DNA of 59,891 nucleotides, the filler included, from Bonamia ostreae (Eukaryota), in the NCBI GenBank assembly GCA_040357525.1. It is 7 parts of 7 records of this genome, joined end to end, with 100 filler letters (N's around TTAATTAATTAA, not from the genome) between each part and the next. Parts side by side here need not be neighbours in the genome. Positions count along the whole stretch, not along the records: positions 43,206 to 51,501 come from JBDODL010000060.1; positions 51,602 to 59,891 come from JBDODL010000061.1; 5 more parts are not named here. One strand, given 5' to 3'. The position numbers and the translations under genes are program-made. The notes beneath the pieces are model-generated. The model had not been told where the DNA came from. It was given only the letters and a program-made list of their open reading frames with translations, and searched no databases. Below, piece by piece: positions 50,497 to 59,891 of the stretch; position 1 is the first letter of the stretch; every line of letters begins with the position of its first letter.

Positions 50497-51501
50497 ATGC
50501 CTATTTTGGGAAAAAAGGATTTTGGAGAACCTCCTCCGGGATACGTCCCTGGAGTTGGAAGAGGAGCCATTGGATTCACGACCCGTTCCGATATCGGACC
50601 AGCAGATTTGTAAATTTTGACGATTTTACAAAATTAAAACATTTGACGATTTTACAAAATTAAAACATTTGACGATTTTCACTTAAAATTCCCAAAAACC
50701 AAAATTTGGCCAAAGAGCGAAAATGGCCCCGAAGCCGAACTCGACGCCGAGTTTCGAAGACACCCAATTCGACAAGTTCTCCGGGTACGAACAAAGTCTC
50801 TTTTCGAACACGTCCTACGACAATGACGACATCACCGCCGAGAAGGTCTACAAGGCAATCGACCAAAGAATGGACTCTCGCCGCAGAGAGAGAAGAGAGA
50901 AGATCGAAAAGGAAATGAAGAACATCACTTTGGACGTCTACGAGCGCTTCAAGGACGACAAGAAACAACTCGCCTCGTTGACTCTGCAAGACTGGGAAAG
51001 CATCCCCGAAGCCGGGCAACAGACCAAAAGGCCGAAACTGCAACGCCGCGCAGAAAAGTACACACCGCTGCCCGACGTGATAATCCGCTCGGCCCACGAA
51101 CGAGCGACCGAGAACATCGACCGCGGCGGCACGATCACCCCCGCGGCGCCGACGCCGGTTTGGTCCGGCACGGCCACTCCCGTCAACTTGACGCAACTCG
51201 GCGATGCGCGCGGGAAAGTGCTAGACATGACTTTGGGCAAGTTGTCGGATTCGGTGGACGGGCAAACCGTCGTCGATCCGAAGGGCTATCTGACAGATCT
51301 GCGTTCCAAAATGATTTCGGCGGAAAGCGATTTTTCCGACATGGAAAAAGCGCGGCTGCTGTTCAAGTCGATCACTTCGACGAATCCGTCGAGCGCGCCG
51401 GGGTGGATTGGGGCTGCGAGGCTGGAAGAGTATGCCGGCAAACATGCTCTCGCAAGGAAAATCGTTCTCAACGGTTGCGACGCTTGCGCCGAAAACGAGG
51501 A
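50497..51501 (+). CDS. PRP6: U5 snRNP / tri-snRNP splicing factor Prp6, 3'-partial
   Basis: [78 protein letters not shown]. Confidence 0.97.
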
Positions 51502-51601
51502 NNNNNNNNNNNNNNNNNNNNNNNNNNNNNNNNNNNNNNNNNNNNTTAATTAATTAANNNNNNNNNNNNNNNNNNNNNNNNNNNNNNNNNNNNNNNNNNN
51601 N

Positions 51602-52793
51602 CAAAATGATCTGTCAAAAATTTAGACAGAAAATGGAAAATTTTGACCTAGAAAAAATATATTTGGCTCGTGTGACCGGCCATTTTTCCCCAGAAAATGA
51701 TGAATTTGTTATAGAAAATTCAAGGATTGTATCGAGTTTTAAAAATAAAAAGCCATTTTATTTGACTGTCGACTTTTCAGGTTTAGATAATATAATATAA
51801 ATGAATTATATTTACGTATTTAAGTAAGCGCGATTGGTTTAGTGGTTATAACGTACGCTTCACACGCGTAAGGTCCCGGGTTCGATACCCGGATTGCGCA
51901 TTTTAATTAATTTTATGACTTCGCATAAAATTTTATGACTGCGCATTTTAATACGTAAAATTCTATTTAAATTTAGAAAAAGTATTTTTCTTGTACAAAA
52001 TTAATTAATTCGCGATATCATTTTTCAAAACTATTGATTCAGCTATTTTTCTTATTGTTCTAGCTAAATCAATCGATCACTTGATTATTGTATTGTTATT
52101 GCAATTTTGCGTATTATTTCTTTGTAATTTTTTTCTTTGTAATTTAAATACAAAGCTTCGTTTGAAAACAAGTTCAGTTTATTATCATTTTTGTATATTT
52201 TTCTCAAATATTTTTTCTACGAAGAGAAAACAGGGAAAGCCAGCGAAACGAGAGTAAAACGAATTTGCTATGACAAAGCAACAAACTCGACTCTGATCAA
52301 ATGCGTACTTGTCACTGGAAGAACGCATCAAGTTTCATTTGTTCGAATTGTCCAAAATTAGATAAGAGTGCATCTTCGTCGATTGGGACATCCGATCTTC
52401 GACGATTACCTTTACAACGAAAATTTTGAACAAGCAAAAACGCGAAAAATCGACGAACACAGTGTTAAACTCTTTTCAGATTTGACGAAAAAGTACTTTT
52501 GGAAAGACTGTCGTTATTGCAAGGAAGCGCTAGAAAATCCAAAGTACACTTTTTAACAAAATAGAAAATATTTGGAAAAATTAGTGGAAGAACCATCGAA
52601 AATTTCTCTTCACTCTCTTTCGTACAAAATTGACGACCAATTATTCGAAAGCGAACTTCCGAGTTGGTCCAAAATTTTTAATTTGGGTGAAAATTTAATA
52701 AAAGATATTTATTCCTCGCATTGTCACATTATTTTAATTAGAAAATATATTTTGGGCTTCAATTCGTACAAAATATTTTTTAAGTGGAAGTAA
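51602..52793 (+). CDS. RluA/RPUSD-family pseudouridine synthase, 5'-partial, multi-exon
   Basis: KIYLARVTG, GKASETR, LVTGRTHQ-IRVHLRRLGHPIFDDYLY, ISLHSLSY. Confidence 0.9.
51828..51900 (+). tRNA. tRNA-Val(CAC)
   Basis: GCGCGAT/ATTGCGC acceptor, TACGC-TTCACAC-GCGTA anticodon arm, CCGGG-TTCGATA-CCCGG T arm, TTTT terminator. Confidence 0.95.
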
Positions 52794-53142
52794 ATTTGTA
52801 ACGGCAATTATATAAAATGACATTTATTACAAAGTTTCAGTTATTAGAAGAATATCCTACAAAAAATGAAAAAAAGTGCAGCAATTCTAATAAAAAATAA
52901 GAACTGATAAATTAAAAAAAATAATTAATTGTAACAAATAAAATTAATTGAGTTAGAGCATGTAATAATTTGAGAGGCGGATTGGATTCATTTGAAACAC
53001 TTCTAATTTTTACAAAGCTAAAATATGGAAAGTTAAGAAGCATTTCTACACTTATAAAAATTGATTTGTTCAAATCTCCAAAAATTTTAGTCCGGTACTC
53101 AATCAACNNNNNNNNNNTGACAAATTTTAAATAAAATGTATT

Positions 53143-53224
53143 GACACTGTGGCCGAGTGGTTAAGGCGATCGATTGCTAATTGGTTGGGATTCTCCCGCG
53201 CGGGTTCGAATCCCGCCGGTGTCG
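53143..53224 (+). tRNA. tRNA-Ser(GCT)
   Basis: GACACTG/CGGTGTC acceptor, ATCGA-TTGCTAA-TTGGT anticodon arm, long variable arm, GCGGG-TTCGAAT-CCCGC T arm, G discriminator, TTTT terminator. Confidence 0.95.
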
Positions 53225-53305
53225 TTTTGTATGAAATATAATTTATGCTAAATTTTAAAATAAGCGATAAATTTAATATAGTAATAAGTTTAGAAATCAC
53301 AGAAA

Positions 53306-53821
53306 ATGCCGATTGAGAAAAGTGACAAAAACAAAAAGTCTCTTCTGCAAAAAATATTCGGACTTTATAAGCTTGATTACTATAAAGGAACTGACAGTTA
53401 CTTTGAACCATATGGCGGCCTCTACTCGGACAGAGCTAGAGAGTTAGTTTCTAACAAAGCCCAAAACTTTACATCGTTCGACGGCGACAGATTCTTCTGG
53501 AACAAAGAAAAGGTTAAATCCGTCAAATTTAGTCGAAGCAATATTTTTACTACTTCAGCGAATACATCCACTGCATTAACAAATACGGCCTCGAAAATGG
53601 CGTCTGCGTCAACAAATGGAACAGATTGCAAAACACAATCCCGACTACAATCGTTTTAAACTAAATTAAAGCTCTCTGATTACATAACGTGGACGAGAGA
53701 AAACAGATTTCCGGGCGTTTTGACTGATTTGGGAATACCCAAATCGTGGCTTGAAAAACAAGAAGAAATCGAAGAGGCAAACGAAGAAGATTTTGACGAT
53801 GAAGACGACGATGAAGAATAA
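53306..53821 (+). CDS. Cytochrome c oxidase subunit 6B (Cox12)-like; introns 53513-53532 and 53653-53671
   Basis: Spliced: TSFDGDRFF..SKQYFYYFSEYIHCINKYGLENGVCVNKWNRLQNTIP..W.RENRFPG, matching the DxRF...YxxC...G...C...P...FPG pattern. Confidence 0.7.
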
Positions 53822-53977
53822 ATGTTTAAAAAATCGATTCGTCATATTTCAAAATAAATCTTCAAAAATAGATTTTTGCGATTTATAAAATTCAACGCTC
53901 ATTTTAAAATCACAAAAATATTTATTAAGGCTAAAAAAATTAAACACTTTTATATAATAAGAGCAAGCTTAAATTAA

Positions 53978-54191
53978 ATGAGTGAAATAAGTTTGAACGA
54001 TTACAAAATGTTTTTTCGTAACTGAAAGGATTTTAAAACTGTGCGTTGTCGGGCAAAGCAAAGACGCTCATTTCAACATCGAAGAAAAATCGAGAATAGA
54101 CCAGTGTGTACTAAAGAGCGTGGAAGCGCAAACTATAGTGAAAGAACAACTGAGAAGAATGAAATCGGCGCCGAGTTTCGACAGAATCTGA
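53978..54191 (+). CDS. Small Tim (Tim9/10-like) chaperone; intron 54010-54028
   Basis: 64-aa spliced product ..YKMILKLCVV..EEKSRIDQCVLKSVEAQTIV aligns with the small-Tim ExxCLDRCVxK pattern. Confidence 0.55.
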
Positions 54192-54241
54192 AAATTGCTA
54201 AATTCTGTACTTTAAACAATTTACATATATTTATAATCTGA

Positions 54242-55240
54242 ATGTCTTCCGAAGTCGTTGACGTTTGGAGCTACAACTTGAACCAGGAAATGACCAATCT
54301 TTCTCAAAGCGTCGAACTTTGCAGTTTCGTCGCAATAGTAATATTTAGCTACCGTACAAAATTTAGAATACGGAATATCCTGGAATTATAATTAGACCTA
54401 TTCAATCATATCAAAACTTTAACGATTATCGCTATTCCGTCGTCAGAAATAACGGTAAATTGATTTTAAGTATAAAAGTGAATCTATTAAAAATAATCGA
54501 ATTCAGTTTGACTTTGTTCGACGAAAACGGGAAAGAGCTCGAAAAGGCAGCGAACTACAAATTTCACTTCAAATTCGATCCGCTCAAAGACATCGCGGCA
54601 GAAGACTCCATCCAATTCCTCCGAAATAACGTCAAAATAGATTTCGAAAAACATCGCGTCAACGGAATCGACCCTGAAAAGTTTTCGGAAAAACTGATCC
54701 CTTCCGGACTTTTGCTTAATGTCGATATTACTTGGATTTGCTATCATGGCAGTTATGATTTTGCTTTTCTTCTGAAAGTTATTTATAAGCTTTTTTACTT
54801 ATATGGCAATTTGATATTTGATTTAAAGATGGTTCTTAACAAAGAACTTCCGAAAACAAAAGAAACGTTCTTTTCCTATTTGAAGACCTATTTTAACGAA
54901 TTCTACGATGTCAAAACGATCACTTCGCATATCGAAAAACTGTCAAATGTGCCTTTGTTGGCTTTATCGGACGCCATTAAAGTTTTATTTCTGACGGACT
55001 TTAATTTGCCAAAAGAAAATGGCGAAGAAGCAAAATGTCGTTCCAGCAGAAAGCGAAGTAGAGCGCGATGAGCAGAATATGAGCAGATTGACGGGGCAAA
55101 TATTCTTCGATCTTAAAAAGTCGCTGATTAGTCCAAAAATGCAATTAGAGCTTTGGTCCTCTATCTACGGCCTCGGACCAGACGACGCCAAACTGTATTA
55201 TCACAGAAGAGCTTTAAGTAGATCTATTGGTGTTTTGTAA
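54242..55240 (+). CDS. CAF1: CCR4-NOT deadenylase CAF1/POP2-like, multi-exon
   Basis: VVDVWSYNL, FVAI-NTEYPG, NVNLLKII..LTLFDENG, DSIQFL, SGLLLN..WICYHGSYDFAFLLK, FYDVK, IYGLG. Confidence 0.92.
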
Positions 55241-55323
55241 TAAATGTTTCAAGGGCTTTATAAAATTGAAGCGTTATATTTATTGTTATAAATCTCATAT
55301 AATAAAACGTGGTAAGCTTATAA

Positions 55324-56201
55324 ATGGTTAAAAATATATTGATTGCTGGAGGAACAGGTTTTTTGGGATCGAGGATAGCAAAAGACGCCATAAAAGTAAA
55401 ATTTTCATGTTCCAGCGAAAATTTGTTGTCACTTCGATATCGAGAAGTCCTGTTAAAAATGTTTTGAAAGAAGTCAATTACCAATTCTGCGATTTAGCCA
55501 AAATTTCTTGTTCCGACGCAATCGGCGAAAACAAACTTGGTTCGGCGAAAACAGATTTTTTCGATGCGGGAGTTTATTCGGTGGGGGAACTGTTTGGGCT
55601 CAAAGAAAAGCCATTTTTGCGAAAATTGCTTTTTCCTTTTCTATTCTCTTATTATTACAAAAATAATGTAATATTGACTTTTCAGTGCAAAATATTTCAT
55701 CTTTTATTGTAAAATAGAAATATCGTGATTATGGCAAATTCATTAATTCGAGCAGTTTTGAAGACAAAAACTTTAAAGCTGCGATAAATTTTGCAAAATT
55801 GTTGGATGGAAAAGCGTTGACCCAAAACAAAAAAATCACTTTTGTCTATGTTGGCGCTGCTTTTAACCCCATTTTTAAGTAATATTTTTTAAATTAAGCT
55901 TCTTTTCCCCGCAATATTTTAAGTACAAAGAAAAAGCCGTTGATGAGATAAGGCGGTATGAAAATCTAAATTTGGTCGTTGTCAAACCGGGCGTCATTGT
56001 TGGTAAGACGGATTCACTTAACAGATTTTTGTGCGCTTTTTTAAAAAAGTTCAAATTGTTTGCGCAGCTTTTATAAAAACACGAATTTTAACAATTATTT
56101 TCAGCAAAATAGAAATCGAAAAATTGTCGAAATTCATTTTGGACGCGATAGAGAAAGAGCAGAATCCAAGGACATTTGAAAACTACGAAATGCAAAAATA
56201 A
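55324..56201 (+). CDS. Atypical SDR / NAD(P)-binding protein, Coq11-like, multi-exon
   Basis: MVKNILIAGGTGFLGSRI, VTSISRS, FVYVGAA, YFKYKEKA, VVVKPGVIVG. Confidence 0.75.
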
Positions 56202-59200
56202 ACTGCAAATTAAATTTATTCTCGCTTCAGCGGCATCACATGTTATTTGAGATCCTCTTAAATATAAAAGTGCGCCATCTTCTTGGTCTTCTTGACTCTT
56301 CCATTCTAGTCTAATCAGACAGCGCGTTTCGTCCTGTAACAAGAATATCAATTTTGAATCGTTTTGCTCCATAACTAGCGCTGCCGATTTTGGTATTTCC
56401 TTTAGTCTCGTTATTTTGTTTTCCACTTTTGACAACAAACTCTTTTAACGTTCGGAAATTAATTTTTATTGCATCTCAATCCGAGATGAAAACAAAATCG
56501 CCAACAAAGCCATTAAAGCAAAACAAAAGCTCTTAACTTGCATATAAAGAAAAAAGCTAACTCATTAAAACAATTCCATTAAAAATTCTGCAAAAACATT
56601 TTCGATATTAGCAAAGACCATATAAAACTACAATTGCAGAAACAGAAATAGCAAAAATCTGAATTGCAAAATTATATCACATAAAAAATAGCTTATAAAC
56701 CGTCAAAGCCCTTAATCCCTTCTCAGCTTCGTTAAGGGATTCCAAATGGTCTCCGAAGATCCCGATTCTGACTTCTGTGTCGAGAGGATCTCTGACAAGC
56801 ACAGACGGAATCGAGATTTCGCAGTCAGTTCTTTCCTCTAATTTTTTAAGCATTCTCCCGTCCTCGGATTGAATGTGAAGAAGATCGGATTCCGGCACAA
56901 TTAAAATTCGGTCCGCCTTTCTGGCGCTTTTCTGTCTTCTGATCAGTCTTTCTGCTTCCGTACAAGCGTAAACATTTCCATAAATTAAAGCTTGCAGAAT
57001 CGGATTTTCGCCGCGATTCTCGCTTTCTACGAAGATCACACACCCGGTTTCCTTGCAAATGGCTTCGAGCTGTTGCTGGTTGTTCGAGGTAAGTTTCTCG
57101 GCTTTTTCTTTCGTGATCTCTACTTTTACCGTCGGTTCGAGCGACGTCAAACAGGTTTTGTTTATTATTTTTTCGGCCTTTTCGCAATTTGGTTTCGATC
57201 CATATAATCCCAAAATCTGCACCGATTTTTGTTCTTTTTGCTGAAAGCTTTTATCTTGAACATTTTGATCTATTTTTACTGAAAAGTCTTCTTCAGTTTT
57301 TCGGATTTCTTCCGCTGTCAAAAGCTTTACTCTCGACTTTGGTAGTTTTAATAGCAATTGCGGTTCCGTCTTGTCATAATTTTGGGCCGTTTTCCTTATT
57401 TCGTCCGCTGCCAATTTGGACTTTTCGGAGACATCATTTTTGGTTTCGGAGACACCATTTGTTGTTTTGGACATTATGGAATTAAGAGAAAATATCAAAA
57501 GTGCGCAGCTTTTGTTTTCGTCTATTTTTTTGGAAGGGCTCTTTGTAAAATTGTCAAACGCCTTCAATTCCTTTCTGTTTCTGTAAATTTGGTTTACAAC
57601 GACGATATCGAACTTTTTCTCGATTTCCGAAATGACAGAATTGCCAAAGGCTCCTTGTTGGTACTCTTCTACAAAAACTGTTTCGTCTGGCAACTTCTTT
57701 ATCTAAGACAAGTTTAACAAATTACCGTTTTTCTAATTATCATTTCGGTTTTTGAGGCTTCTTCGGCTTTTTCTGAGAAAATAAATATCGAGAGATTGGT
57801 TTCAGATCGTTTCAAATGGATGATCGATTTATTTTGCTCAAAAATGGGTTTTTCCAAATAGCGCAAAAGCTTCATTTTCTTCGGATTGATGTTTTCGACA
57901 ATTTTCGACGGTTTCTGTTTATGTGTTAAATTAGAAATAAAAACAGTCATTTTTCTGATAAAATCCGCATTTCTGTAGAAAGAGTCCAAATCGGATTCTT
58001 CGAAATTTTGAGAACGCAAGCAAAGTTCTTTTGGCGAGAATTTGAAATCGATTTGGTTTAAATTCGAATTTAGTTTTTTAAGTTTGTCGACAAAATATTC
58101 ATTTATTATGTCCAAAAGTTGTTTTTTGATTATAATTTTCTCTGTTAACTTTCCTTTTGCAAAATCGGTCTTTTTAATGTTTTAAGATTTGATCAATTTT
58201 TAAAATTAATTGATCGCAAATTTAATGCATTTTTTCGAGTCTAAAGATTTAAACAAATAGAGATTCGATGTAGCCGACAGAGTTTCTAAGAGATTGGTCG
58301 TTTCCGCTGAAAACAGATAATCCCCCATTTTCCGATTTATCGACGAAACAACCTGTCACAACATTGATTTTTTCTTTGTTGCAGTTTTGGGTAAAAAAGT
58401 TTTGAGCCGGTTTGCTCAATCGCAAAATTACGTCGGGTTCGTCTAAAAACATCTTTGAAATTTGGAATTTATAAATCAGAATTAATAACTTTGACAAAAG
58501 CAGTGATTTTCGTTTCGACAGAATCGCAAATGTTGGGAAATCCAATTAACTCGATTTGTGATAACCCATTTTTGGTCAAATCGGCCGAAAACGCGTTTTT
58601 TGAGTTCTGTGGAGTTATTTTTACAGCGCATCGATACAGTTCATCTTCTGAAGATTCCTTCCGTATTTTTTCCAAGTTTATTTTTTCTACACAATTTGTT
58701 GGCAAGATAAGATATCTGTAAATTGTTCTTAATCTCATCTTTAGATTTATATAAATTTAATATTGTTTATAAATTTTCTTTTAGAGCGATTGCAAAAATT
58801 GTTATTGAGAAAAATTATTTGCTTTTACAGCAGTATAGAAACGTCAAGATATTCAACAATTTCTTTTCTGAAAGAATTGACAGAAGAAGAGATTCCTTTT
58901 GTTTTGAAAAGAACAAAATTGTTGATTTTAACAACAGCTTTTTCAAGCCCCCAGCGATTTTTAGTTTCTTCGACTATTTCTTCAATATTTTGGGGGCGCT
59001 TTATAGCACTGAAAGATATCGAATACTTTTCGACTATTTCATTGTTTAACTAATTCACATTAAAATTTAGCATTAAGAATTGACTTGAAATTTGAAAAAT
59101 GAAATTGCAAATTCAGTCAAACGCAATTAAAATTTAGCCAAAACATTTACGGATTTCAAATTTCGAGAAGGAACAAATAGTTGTATAAAATCAGAACTCG

Positions 59201-59891
59201 GCGAATATTCGATTTTCGGTTCTACGAGAATCGCGTTTTCAGAATCAATATATCCGCTTGGACTTTTATAAGTTTCGTTTTTTATTTTCTTTTTGAGTTT
59301 TTTAATCATTTCTTTCATTTTTTCGATTTTTTGCTTGTCTTTAGAACTTCTTCTCTCGAACTTGAGAATTGTTTTTTGGTAAATTGGTCTGCAATGTTCG
59401 CTTTTGTAAAGAAATTAAAATGTTTTGCACAATTAGAAAATTTGATCAATTTTTAAAATTGAATCTTGTTTTCGCAAAGCTTAAATGACCAAAATTAAAG
59501 CAAAAATTCAGCAATCGCTTTAAAACCAAAACTGATCTGCGTCTTTGTTAAATTGAGGAACTCTTTATAATAAAAACAATAAAAACCGCTTCAAATCTAA
59601 CATGCCAAATAGTCTAAATTTGGTTAGATTTAATTCTTGAATAAAAGTTATAATTAAATTGGCTAAATGTTCTTCAAAAAAGTTTCATCGACTGCGCATG
59701 GATGTTCTTTCTATTTTTCATAATGATGTAAATTTTCTCTCTGAAGAGATGTGCAGATTTGATAATTTCTTTTAAAAGAGGTTCAATGCACTCTTAAGTT
59801 TCCGAAAGATCGTGAACGCAGTAGAAATCGCCTTTTGGATTAAGAGTTCTTGTAGAAAGTAAATGATTTTTAAAATTTTTCATTCTTCTAA
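56088..59891 (-). CDS. Large multi-KH-domain protein, multi-exon, 5' end unresolved
   Basis: KH-like repeats: LEAICKETGCVIFV..IYGNVYACTEAERLI, LKKLEERTDCEISIP..IGIFGD..LNEAEK, IELIGFPNIC, LYLRGSQITCDAAEARI. Confidence 0.65.

Overview
AT-rich, gene-dense nuclear DNA from a eukaryote, not a prokaryote. It is a concatenation of seven unlinked ~8.3-8.7 kb scaffolds joined by an artificial N-TTAATTAATTAA-N spacer. Genes are split by many very short GT-AG introns (19-30 nt, mostly GTT donors), which explains the fragmented ORF track. The style fits a compact protist parasite such as an ascetosporean/haplosporidian (inference only). Recognisable genes: VPS13-like, RPA1, SEC63, PARL-type rhomboid, UPF3, RPF2, KGD4/MRPS36, mitochondrial ACP, RRP5, RPL3, a CH-domain protein, mitoribosomal uS10/uS9/uS19, TIM50, SRP14, ABHD17-like hydrolase, subtilisin, LSM6, ESF2, PRELI, PRP6, RluA-type pseudouridine synthase, COX6B-like, small Tim, CAF1, Coq11-like SDR, a KH protein, tRNA-Val(CAC) and tRNA-Ser(GCT). 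Most notable: (1) three snoRNA candidates in three consecutive RPL3 introns; (2) a membrane-anchored Thg1-like protein lacking catalytic carboxylates; (3) a protein with two LSD1-type zinc fingers plus an HMG box (YABBY-like layout); (4) a ~690 aa uS10m head-to-head with uS9m; (5) a CAF1 with a degenerate DEDDh site; (6) an unexplained structured GC-rich intergenic RNA candidate; (7) a tRNA inside a pseudouridine synthase intron; (8) cysteine loss in two intermembrane-space proteins. All exon joins were read by eye and need transcript confirmation.
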